The translations under genes were made by a program, and so were the position numbers. Shown piece after piece: positions 11,308-22,588 of a stretch of DNA of 64,000 bases. Source of the stretch: Lophium mytilinum. Its lineage: Eukaryota. The DNA is taken from contig MU004188.1 of assembly GCA_010093605.1 (NCBI GenBank), forward strand, positions 995,673-1,059,672. The letters run 5' to 3'. The notes beneath the pieces are model-generated. The model saw nothing but the letters and a program-made list of their open reading frames with translations, did no database searches and had not been told where the DNA came from. Each line of letters begins with the position of its first letter. Position 1 is the first letter of the stretch.

Positions 11308-14300
11308 ATGGCCAACACCGAAGTCACTTACCTCTACAAGGAGGCGCGACTGAACCTCGAGCCCGCATTCCCAGGATCCACCATCCACCTCACCCTCCCC
11401 AGCTTGGCCGCACCTACCTTCGGAACGCGCCCACAACTAAAGCGAACCATCGTCCACGAGAATTACACCGATCAAGACGAGGATGCCTTTGCGCGGAAGC
11501 ACCTGGCCAGCGAAGCTTCGATATACTTCCGGCGAAGGCAGAGATACCCGCGAAGCTTCCTATGGAGGATACTCGACGATCGCAAGGTGCTAGAGATACA
11601 ATCGATAGACTTCGATCAGGATATAGACAATCAGACAGAGGCGTATCTGACGCTTCGCCTTCAATTCCCTTCGCCAATCCGGCCCTTCGGAGTAGCGTTT
11701 AACGAACCAGACGATCAAGATGCATTGACGGCCTTTGTTGTGACGGCGTCCAAGGAGCTGTACACTCTCAATTTACACCGCGATTTCTTCATGCGGGAGG
11801 CTGCTACGGATATGGATATCGGAGCTTGGTGCAAGATCTATGCGCCTACGGCATTCCGTATTAGAGACCCATACCGGATTGTTACTGTGACCGATCGAGA
11901 CCTGTTCGTCTCTATGCAAGATGGAGGAATACAGCGCCTGACGAGAGGGCCGGGACATGACGGTAGGGCTCCTAGAAGCCACTAGCGTTGACATGGAGCT
12001 AACGTTTGAATAGGTTCAATATGGAGAGAAATTGGGTTCAATAAAGACACTTGGTCATTGAAGAGTCTCCTCACCTGGAAGGGCAGCAATGCCGTCAGAT
12101 TCAACAACACCGACTTGGATGGCTCTGCAGCAGCTGCGATCGCCTTGTCACCTGAAAGCGACTATATCTTCACAGTCTGTTTAGACCATGTCCTACGAGT
12201 TTGGAATACAAACACGGGGAAGCCTACGTTGCAAGAGGATCTACTCAGAGACAGCGATGCGATTTCGGACAAGTCATCCCAATACTTCATTGGACCATCG
12301 CAACCAATGCTCATGCAGATGCTAAATTTTCAGGGGCACGGCATGGACGGCGTGGTTTACCATGTAGTAACGTATTCTCCGAAGAAACATCAGTTCAAGT
12401 TCTGGGGAGTTCGAGATCCGGAGGACTCTGTGAATGGCATCAAGGACATTCAGAGCGAGTTCGCCTTCATCCCACCCGTCGACGAGTTGATGAACACCAC
12501 AGTTTGGAACCTTGAAGAGTTCTATGTTAAGGCACAACCAGGATGGAGAGGAGCCGAGCTTTGGATACGGGCTAGGTCAGGCCCTAGCAGCAAGATCTAC
12601 TCTCTCAAGTTCAGTCTGGACGACAGCGATGAGAAGTTGGCCTATGCCTGGAAGCATTACTGGGTTTCTGTAGACTCTGGGCCGTTGACCGTTGAGGGAC
12701 TGAAATCGAACCCGAAGAACCCAGGCGAGCTAGAATCTTTGATCCCGCTTATTCACAACCCGAGCGTAACGGAGCAATGGCTTGACTTTTTGCTGTTTCC
12801 CGGAAGATTCACCACTGCAAGCTTGGAAACGGCGCTTCTCGTGTACAAGAAAGGCCTCGAGCAGAGACAGACATCCAGCAACTTGAGCAAGGGTCCTTTC
12901 AAGGATAGGCTATGCGCAACGGTCGCTTCTTACGTCGCTCAGAGCAGGCAAACCGCCACGAACGTCGATTACGAGGAGCACGAGACTGGCCTAATGGCCC
13001 AATGGCAGATGTATTATGGTCTTGTCCGGGACCTTCACAAGCGCAGAGGCGAAGTGCTATCTTTGGTCTTCGATTACGGAGATGACATGCCATGGCTACT
13101 GCTATCAGACTACGCTTCAGCAATTCGAAAAGGATGTGAAGTAGATATACTGCGCTCCAACCAACACATTCTCGGCACAACAGAACACTTGCCTCGGCCA
13201 CTGCGATCGGCGCTCCAGGATGAGGAATCGCAAGACGTTGCCAGACTGCTGGCCGCTGCTAGCCAATTCCGGAAGGGCTTTGGAGCCTCATTCAAACAAC
13301 AATTTCAAGCCATTATCACGAATGAAATGTTGCAGAGCTCATTAATGGCCATACCTGCCCGAATCGAGGCTATTGACCAGACGTGCAAGCTCTGTGAGCA
13401 AGTCTCCGATGAAGACTGGACGAAACTCAGCGAGGCCCTCGGGACACTAGATTTTGTAGACCTAGACAATGGTCTTATTATCAAAGCACTTGAAACACTC
13501 ACTCAAGCGGAGGCCGGTCGAGGGGTACCAAAGAAGCAGATAACTCAGTATGGACTGAGAGCGATCTCTCGCATAGCGCAAGAGACCCTCGAAATCACAG
13601 TCGATGTGCTCTTGGACCTTATGGTGCTAATCATTTTCATACACATCGATATTGAGCCCGCAGAACGTTCAGACGAGTTCAACGCGCCAGAACTTTTCAC
13701 AGCGATAATGGACCAATTGAAAGATAACTCAGTGCTGATATGGATGGGAAGCACGCTTTGGTCGCATCCAGTACCGACAGGCCAAAGCTCTACCAAGATT
13801 ATGAGCTTGCTGGCTGAAGATTCTAGGTCCTCTGGCGGATTGCCCTCGATCTCTCAGACTGTCCTTGAAGGAGTTGCCGGTAGCCGCACGTTCAGTTTTC
13901 CCATTCCAAAGTTGCCTCTGTCCGAGGTCCTTACTTACTGGGCTCGTATGTGGACATCCGAACCACTACGTAATCAGGAGTACGACCATCTCGTCAATGA
14001 CGTCTTAAACATATTGATACAGGAGAAGGAGATCGGGCTAGCTTCGGATTTCTTAAGATTTGTACCACAGAACAACTGGTCGACCTATCTAAATGCGCGA
14101 CTGTGTCTTTTGAAAGGAGAATACACCTTGGCAGCCATATACTTTAAGAAAGCGTCGTTCACCCTTGGTAAGTTTACTCATGAGCAAGGGAAACTTCGGT
14201 CAGGCTAACAATTCTGCAGCTATCGGAATTTTCAGTATCGATGATAGTGATGACGGCAACTTCATCAGAATTGATGAACGAGAACTCTTCTCTGATGGCT

Positions 14301-15109
14301 TACCGAACTACTACCTGCATTGTCTTAGTTTGTTTGAGAAGGCTAAGGCACACGCGTTCGTTGCGGAGTTTGCGAAACTGGGATTGCAGTCGCTGGTTGG
14401 AGACGAGCCTGACGCTATAAAGACAGAATTGCACTCGCGACTGTTCAACGCCTCCATACAGACTTCGCGATTCGAGGAGGCCTATACCGCGTTGTCTCGT
14501 CACACGGACATAGCCATGTAAGTGTTTGAATTGTATGCTGCTGCAACATCTACTAATCGCTTTTACAGGCGAAAAGCAGGTCTTCACAAGCTGATCACTT
14601 CAATGGTCACCCGGTCTCAAGGCCCTGCACTCCTCAAATTCCCCTTTGCGAGCCTCTACAACGACGTCGACAGCATTCTTGAATCGCTTTGCCAAAACAC
14701 ACTCAACATCTCCACAGGTCCGCCGTATCACAAGATCCTCTACTCCTTCCGCATCTCCCGCAATGATTTCCGCGGCGCGGCTTCCATTCTCTACCAACGA
14801 CTGCAACGGCTACAAACGACCTCATCGAAATACCACGATCCCGAGGACGGCTCGCTAACGCAAGCGTACTTGATGCTCATCAACACTCTAACGTCAGTCT
14901 CTCCTGACCAAGCATGGATTTTAGCGGAGCCGCGCGTGGATGAGAGTGCTGCGTCCTGGGGTATTGGGAGGTCTAAAAGTGTACTGCAGCGAAGGGTCAT
15001 CACTCTGCCTGATCTGAGGAAAGAATATCAGGCCGAGCTGGACCGGGCGGCGGCGATGGAAAATGGGCAGTTTGCGTTTGCTGGCGGGGACGAAATGGAT
15101 GTTTTGTGA
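11308..15109 (+). CDS. NUP120: Nucleoporin Nup120/Nup160; 4 exons
   Basis: Four consecutive long ORFs are joined by GT-AG introns. The sequence has the fungal Nup120-type start (YLYKEARLNL, IYFRRRQRYPRSFLWRIL), TVCLDHVLRVWN, and a C-terminus PPYHKILYSFRISRNDFRGAA...ITLPDLRKEY. Confidence 0.88.
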
Positions 15110-15493
15110 GATAAAAGCAAGGGCCGTTTGGATTCTTAGCGCGGCGTTTGAGTGGTGTAAGAATACATTTGGGCGGGAGGAAAGGCGGGCATTGGAATAA
15201 TATTCAGTGAACTATTGAGTCTGAAAGGCATCTATCATTTGCTTGTCACGTGCATACGATTTTCTGCCACGAACGCGAAAGTGGTGCGTAACAAAAGCCG
15301 CACGCCCTAGAGTCGGTGGGGCGGATATAGAGAGCTTTAGATCAGGTCCAACAACGCGCATAGCAACCGCAACCAACAAAGACTTCACCACCACGCCCCA
15401 ACTTCTTCAACGTCACTGCTGGATCTTTGACTCCACAACCCTACATGCGCACTCGAGTATAGACCTGTTCCCTTTGAAGCCATTGCAGGCACC

Positions 15494-16877
15494 ATGGTTA
15501 GTCCACCCCAATACCATCTTGCCCGCACCCAGACGGACCTCACCCGGCGCGTCAAACACCAGCAAACTCCATACTGACTGAACCCTCCACCAACAGAACT
15601 CCAAATCCCTCCGCCGCCTTGCCACCGACCACGCTTCCCTCCATACAGCCGGCCTACCCCCAAACTACCTCTTCCCGCCCTCCTCAAACTCCTCCCACGA
15701 CCCCACCGCCGACCTCACCCACCTCGACGTCCTCCTCGCCGGGCCCCCAGGAACCCCCTTCGCCAGCGGTCTCTTCGCCCTCCACTTGTCTATCCCGCCC
15801 ACCTACCCCGTCCACCCGCCGACCGCGACGTTCCGCACGCGCATCTTCCACCCCAATGTCGACGAAGCCACCGGCGCGGTGTGCGTGGAGACGCTGAAGC
15901 GGGATTGGAGCGAGAAATTGAAGCTGCGGGATGTGCTCGTTACGATTAGCTGCTTATTAATCCAGCCGAACCCGGAGAGCGCGCTGAATGCCGAGGCGGG
16001 GCGGCTGTGTGCGGAGGACTGGGGAAGCTTTGAGCGGCGGGTGAAGGTGTGGGTGGGGATTCACGCGGGCGTGCCGAAGGGCCTGGTGGCGGCGGTTGAT
16101 GAGGCGAGGGAGCGGGGGGAGGAGAAGAAGAAGGCGTTGCTGAAGGAGGGGGACTTGACTGCGATGAAGGATGGGGAGGTTAATGGGATGGGCAAGGGGA
16201 AGGGGACGGAGAGGGTGAAGGAGGCGGTTGTGGAGACGCCGCTGGTGAAGAAGAAGAGGGTGGTGAGGGTTTTTGGGGCTGAGGAGGAGGAAAATCGCGC
16301 GCGGAGGGAGGCTACGGTTGAGCTTGAGCAGGAGTCTGATTCGGGAAGCGACTGGATTCCCGGGCCTGTGAAGGTGGCTGAGCCGTTTGGTTCTGGACGG
16401 GATAATATCCTTGGGCTCCGGATGGGCGATGCTATGGAAGTTGATGAACCTGGGCCATCTGCGAATGAGATTGAACGGATCAAGGATGTCTTTCGCCCTC
16501 CACTCTTCAAAGTCGGGGGCTCGAGTCACTCGGAGTTCCCGACGACACCAGCGCCGAAGCCGGCGCAGCAGCCGATCAAGACACCGCTCAAGTTCGCCCA
16601 CCCTAATCTCTTCGCGCCTTTCCAGTCATCAGCACACCCGCGTCCTAGCTCCCTTGTGGCTGAATTCTCGCTTTCATGGGCGGACTCGGAGGTCCTCCAC
16701 AACGCCGGCTCCATCCAAGATGCTCCTCCGAAGACCGAAGTGCTCAAACGATTGCGAGAGCCCGAAGAACTCCAGAGAGCGTCGTGGGAGCGGAAGAGAT
16801 TCAAGGCCGCGGGCGGGAACCTAACAGCCTACAATCGCGGGATCTGGGGAGCCAGGGTGGGATTGAACAGACTGTAA
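15494..16877 (+). CDS. Ubiquitin-conjugating enzyme E2 (UBE2S-like) with a long C-terminal extension; ATG-only first exon, intron 15497-15596
   Basis: M|NSKSLRRLATDH...LAGPPGTPFASGLF...YPVHPP...IFHPNV...GAVCVETLKRDW shows the HPN motif and catalytic Cys, followed by PNPESALNAEAG. Confidence 0.9.
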
Positions 16878-17637
16878 GAGCCATTACTCTTCACGGCATA
16901 GCAATGGTATTTCGGAGGCCTTGGGATGTGGATGCATAGCGTGGATGGAATTGCCTCCTTTGGCGTTTGGTATTGGCCAGTGGGTTTTGCTTTTCAGATA
17001 TCATTCGAGGGGAGTATGGTGGAAGGGCCTTCGTTGGATGAGACCTTATTTTCCTATGCCTTGGGGTTGGCGTTGCGTAGCCGCGGTATACCCCTATTAC
17101 TTCATTACTCCTCCTAGTTACAATTCGAGTATTCTTTCACTAGGTTGCTGTTTGCTGGGTGTTGGTTTGACACGTAAAGGTAAGTCTGTAGCTTTTTAGA
17201 AGTTTTCCTGACATAGTAGATTTCGTGTGGCTACTTGATACAGTAATGGGTCATTATTGTGCGTACATCTGGGCGTCACTGTTTGGAGTTTCCCGAGGGC
17301 CTTTGAAAGATGGCGGCATCCACCAGTCTCAGAAGGCACTTCAGTATACTTGCTTCAGCTTACGTTTTGCGTAGGAGACGTTCCCAAGCAGCGGCGATAG
17401 AGTGTAAGCACACTTTTGTCTGGGTAATGTATGGATAGCGTTATTTCACAGGTAGCAGTGGTCAAGTATCGGGAGTATGTGAATTCATTGGGCATCTATG
17501 TATCCAAGTACCAGCAGTAGGTCAGTTCGCTATCGGCAGTACGATGGCCAGCTCAATGAGAAGAGTGTCCTCCCAATGAGTTATTTATCGTCTTATGCCC
17601 CGATTAAAGGCTGACGAAATTCAAGTTCCGGCTTAGG

Positions 17638-18960
17638 CTACTCAGGAGAGGTCCCTACCTCGGCCTCGGGATCCCCCTCGTCTTCAAGGTCTTCAGTAGT
17701 TCCGTCATCCGGGCTGCCAGGCTTGAGATCAGGCTGAATCTTCCACGTATCGTACTCCATTTCATGACGAGCCTTCCGAGAGTCGTAGGCCGAGCTGAAT
17801 GCTGACCAGCGTATCAAGACCTTGCAGCTCGGAGGAAACCGAGCTCGAAGGAAGCTCCGTACCTCTTTCACAATCTTGATTGCGCGCAGTCCGCTCAGAG
17901 CGAACTTCATGAACCGCAGATCGCGTCCCTGGTACTTTGGGGGCAGCACGTCGAAGATGTTCCTGGCCGTCATTTCGGCTTCAAGGGTGATGGTTACTTG
18001 CTTGAGAGACGGCAAGTCCTTCAGACGTAGCAATTTGCACATGCTAGGGGTGCTCAACGGCTGTCCGTGTAAGAGAAAGTTCTTCAAGCTGTCTTGCTCT
18101 CCAACAAACATGTCTGTGAAGCTTAGCCACATGGTTACAGCCTCCAGCTTCTTGCATTCCTGCAGCAGCTGCATCGTGCGGGTAAAGCGCTCTCCAAAAT
18201 ACTGTTGGCGCTCCGCCCAAGTAAGAGTCTTGCCGTGTTCCTCGAGAGGGACTGCGGGCTTCCTGCCATGAAGAATGAGCTTCTTCAACACCATCCGAGC
18301 GTCTGGGCCGATGGTATCGAGGAAGCGGTTCCAATTGAGCGTTGAGTGAACGCCGTCCGATTCATGGAGCCAGAAGGTGTTGCTGGCATAGAAGAAGGAG
18401 CGGGCTTCGTGGCAGAGGTCATGGTTGCGAACCTGCATGAGCAGACGCAGATTCTGCGTGCATTCCGAGGGATCTGAGACGCCTGTCCAGTCCTGTACAT
18501 TACTCAAGACCTCGCTCCAGTCTTCCAGATCGTCGTCGCCGGGAGGATCGTTGCGTTGCTCCCAATTATGCCAGTCGTCCAGGTCTTGAAGAGCACGAGG
18601 CGGGAAGACATCACGAGCTGGTTCCTCATACCCAGGTGGCGGTCCCTCTGGTAGGTCTAATTCGTCCGCCAGGAGGCCGCCGCCATCCTCGTCATCCCAG
18701 GATATCTCGAGGTCATTGCGGGCCCTGAGAAGCTCACCATATATCAAGTTCCGCATCTCGCCAGATAGATCCTTCATGAAGGAGAAATCTGAAGGACCAC
18801 GGGCAACCTCCATGCCAGCGTCTTGAGCGGCCATGACCGGGCCGTTCGGTTCTGCAAGCTTTAGCTTCTTGGCGTCGCGTGTAGAGTCTGCTTCTGAGTC
18901 TCCGGGACGCTTGGTTTCGGAAGGGAGTGGTGAGTGAGGGGTTGAGGAGGACAAGGACAT
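17638..18960 (-). CDS. Hypothetical protein, 440 aa, intronless, with an F-box-like N-terminal motif
   Basis: Long ORF with SFMKDLSGEMRNLIYGELL and LCHEARSFFYASNTF motifs typical of fungal F-box-like orphan families. A TATA box (CTATATAAA on the minus strand) lies at about 19005-19013. Confidence 0.7.
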   Translation of the reverse strand: MSLSSSTPHSPLPSETKRPGDSEADSTRDAKKLKLAEPNGPVMAAQDAGMEVARGPSDFSFMKDLSGEMRNLIYGELLRARNDLEISWDDEDGGGLLADELDLPEGPPPGYEEPARDVFPPRALQDLDDWHNWEQRNDPPGDDDLEDWSEVLSNVQDWTGVSDPSECTQNLRLLMQVRNHDLCHEARSFFYASNTFWLHESDGVHSTLNWNRFLDTIGPDARMVLKKLILHGRKPAVPLEEHGKTLTWAERQQYFGERFTRTMQLLQECKKLEAVTMWLSFTDMFVGEQDSLKNFLLHGQPLSTPSMCKLLRLKDLPSLKQVTITLEAEMTARNIFDVLPPKYQGRDLRFMKFALSGLRAIKIVKEVRSFLRARFPPSCKVLIRWSAFSSAYDSRKARHEMEYDTWKIQPDLKPGSPDDGTTEDLEDEGDPEAEVGTSPE

Positions 18961-20664
18961 GAGTGTTGGTTGTAAGATGATTTAGAAGCGTGCCTCTTGG
19001 GGGGTTTATATAGTAGGGTAAGTGCGCGGTCGAATTCACTTAACGGTTATTATGCTTGCACTTTACAGGCAAAGCACATGTATTTGAATGGTGATGTACA
19101 ATCACATTCCATATTCACCGCCTTGCCCGCTATTATACTTTCACTATGGTCGGTATAAGCTAACAGTCACTTGGAATAGCTCCTCCAGTTGTTGAGAATA
19201 CGGAAACCCATTCTTCTCTTAGGAGGAGGTTGATTGATCTAATATAGACTACAGATGGGTTTGTTCTAGACAGCTTGTCTCTTCCGATATTGTTTGGGGT
19301 TTTAAATTCCGACAACAGTACTACGACACTAGTTCGCCGACACGGGTTTACGCCACACGAAGCCTTTTCGATGAACATTCACTCCTCTCAAGGACGGTCA
19401 AATCTAGACTCCGGACGGACCTAGAATCCTGCTTAGCTGCTTCAGGTGGTGATAGAAAGGGGTACACAGACCAGACCTGTGACCCAACAACTTTACACAA
19501 CGCTTTGAAAGTCTACAAGCAGTGCCAAAAGGTTGTAGAGAAATCTTTGTCCTAGCATTGTGAGTGCACATGTCACCTACACTGATTGCTAAGACGGCAG
19601 CGAAATCTCATCGTCGACGAACCGCCTCGATATTGTTTGAGCTTTTTAAGATGCTATTAGTTCAAACACTGTGGAAGCCCATCTTCGGTTGTCCATTCAG
19701 GTTTCAGCGGACGCATATGTCTTCGCAGTGCTTCGAAGTGCTGAATCAGAAACACGCGCGTCAATCACACGTCACGCTCATAAGATACCCAAGTGCTTTG
19801 AATTAATGGATTTAAAGGTACTAGTAGAGTGAGCAACTCTTTAAGAAGAAACACCTTGCGCCAATTCGAGTATGTATATGTAAGTGAGTTGAAGCCCATA
19901 AGGCATTCAGCCGATTCCCGAACTTGTTTCCGGCTAATTTTTAGGGAAAGCGGCATCATGCGTAACTGCTATTTCGGCCTTTCTAATCGAGAGTGGAGTT
20001 TTGAGTAGGCGGGAGAGGGGTGGTTAGAGTAAGCGCGGGGTTTTGGGGTTTAGGTGGTCTACGGAAACTATTCGGCGACTTTGGTGGTTAAGTTTAGGGG
20101 GTTGGAGGGGGAGTTTAGACATAAGAATGTTTGATCTGCGGGGATTTATGACATTAAGGCGTTATTACTGTGGTTTGACATACGCTCCTAGGAGGTTCCA
20201 AGAGTAACAGCTTGTGTTCTTTAGTTGTTTGGTAATAAGTACCGTCTCGACTAAGCGTATACATACGCCTACCTTAGCACACTAGTAGATCCCCTAAACC
20301 CATCAGCGCCAACAGGTCCACACATTGGGTCGATAAGAACACCCTAATGCGCTGGAGCACGGAAGGTTAAGATAGCGTGCCAGGGTGGGCACATTGTATA
20401 CGCCCAAACAAGACGTTAGAGGAGAGACTGAACTCCCTCACGTCAGCCTGCTCTTAAAGTGTCCGAATGGCTCCGAGACAAGACTAGATATATAAATCAC
20501 ACGCCCAAGTCCCTTAATCTATACTCCACATGTTCCCCAAAGCACGCGTTCTTCTACTAGGCTTGCTCTATAAAGGTCACTGCCAGCCTCAAGAACTCCA
20601 ATCGTTCCAATCATTCGAATCACTACACCTCCACCACCCAAACCTAAACCTCTTTAACCCGCGA

Positions 20665-21715
20665 ATGTCTTCCCAAATCTACGACGTCTTGGTCGTAGGT
20701 GGTGGCCCCGCCGGCCTCGCTGCCGCCCTAACAGGCGCCCGCGTCCGCGCCAACGTGCTTCTCGTCGACAGCGGCGAGTATCGCAACGCGGGCATCAAAC
20801 ACATGCACACAGTGCCATCGCGGGACCACATCGCACCGGAAGAGTTCCGCGCCGCCGCCCGCGCGCAGTTCGAGCGGTATCCACACGTCCAGATCAAGTC
20901 CGCTAGAATCGTGGAAGCGGTGCAAAAGGAGACAGCGAGCGGGTTTCCGGGCTTCGAGATCCGGGATGATAAGGGAGAAACATATGCCGGCAGGAAGCTG
21001 GTGCTGGCGACGGGATCGAGGGATGTGTTTCCGGCGATTGAGGGGTTTGCGGAGAATTGGCCTTCGCACATGTATGCCTCCTTCATTCACCTTGCGTCAT
21101 TTTGGACTATGGCGTATGCTGACTGCTAGTGATGGTAGTTATCAATGTCTTGGATGTGATGGCTTCGAGCAACGCGGGACGCCCATTGGGATCCTAGGCT
21201 TCGCGGGCCCAGAAGGCGCGCACCTGGCGACGATGGCGCTTGCGTTTGACAAGCGCGTTACGGTGTTCAGCAACGGGCCTGTTAGCGATGCAGCACCGAT
21301 CCAGGCGGGGCTCGCGGCGGTGAAGGCACAGGGCGTGAAGCTTGACGAGCGGAAGATTAGGCGGTTGATCAACAACGGCGAGAGCCACGAGCAGGGCGTG
21401 AGTATTGAATTCGAGGACGGAGAAAGCGTGACGCTAGGGTTCTTAGTTAACAAACCGCCGACTGTGAATCGGGCGCAGGGGTTGATGGAGCAGTTGGGGG
21501 TGAAGACGGTGCCGAAAGAGAAGGGTGGACATGTGGAGGTGGTTGGGATGATGAATGAGACGAGTGTGAAGGGGTGTTTCGTCGCGGGGGATACGATGAC
21601 GCCGATGAAGCAGGTAGCAATTGCGATGGCGGAGGGACTGAAAGCAGCGGCGGGCGCCGGAATGCAGATGATGATGGAGGAGACGGCAAGGGCATTGGAA
21701 GAAGAGAAGTCGTGA
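20665..21715 (+). CDS. FAD-dependent thioredoxin-reductase-like (GliT-like) oxidoreductase; intron 21072-21138
   Basis: DVLVVGGGPAG (FAD binding), LVLATG, spliced HIYQCLGCDGFE (CxxC) and TSVKGCFVAGD. Confidence 0.88.
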
Positions 21716-22588
21716 TGTCGCTGGTTTTATGCAGTCCCGTTTGGAGTATAGGCCTACGAAGGTGAATAGAATCTACCACGAATCTGGCATTTCGGACTAC
21801 GTTCTAGGCATATCGATTTGAGACCGCGAACAAATATCCAGAGCGGCCATCAACTAGATCACCTCTGCTATGTTGTCGTGAGCGAGAGAACAATGACGCC
21901 CAGATTGAGGAAGTTGGCGTCGGCAAATAACAGAGACGAGCTCGGAAAAGCGGTCAACCATGCTGAGCCAGGTTTAATATCAGACATGTTAAGTGATAGA
22001 CAGCCTTTCATAGCATTACAGCTTCGAAAAGACGAATTGATATGCGTTACGCGGAGTTGCGATGAGAAGGGGTGTACTAGTTGCAGTGAGATGCATTCAA
22101 ACGCGTCCCACCCCTTCCCCAGTCTGACCTAGTCTGACATTGATAGACCAGGCTGGAAGTCTTGATAGAGCTGTGGATGTCAGTGCCTCCGACGAGTGCT
22201 TGGAGTGTTTGGTTGCAGGATAGAAGTGATGAAGGACAGAGGAAGACGACGGAAGTACTTCCTGCCGATAGAAAGGCCAAACGACAACAACGACGCGCCA
22301 AAATCCATTTGCTCCTCGTCCTCGCCCTCGCCATCGCCTCACCACTTCTAATACTCACTTTCACGACGCGACGATTCTCATTGCTCCCCGTCCATTGTAT
22401 CGCTCGAATTGCACTGTAGCCTTTCCCGCTCCCCACCATCGACAATCCCCAGGCCAAATTCACCCCACCACGGGAGTCCTCTCCGACCCCTCCCAACACC
22501 GCATAAATTCCACGCGTCGCGCGCTCCCATCCTCCATTGTCTTTGTGGACTCGTAGCGGCACAGCCACACCGTATACTAGCACGCGCC

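Noticed and set aside
19765..20122. G/T-rich tract with TTTAGGGG-like words; minus-strand broken ORF (MSKLPLQ...LLKTPLSIRK) and an ATGATG...CTGA pair
   Set aside because: There are no tandem TTAGGG repeats, the C box is non-canonical and not in an evident intron, and the gene-relic similarity is too weak to call.
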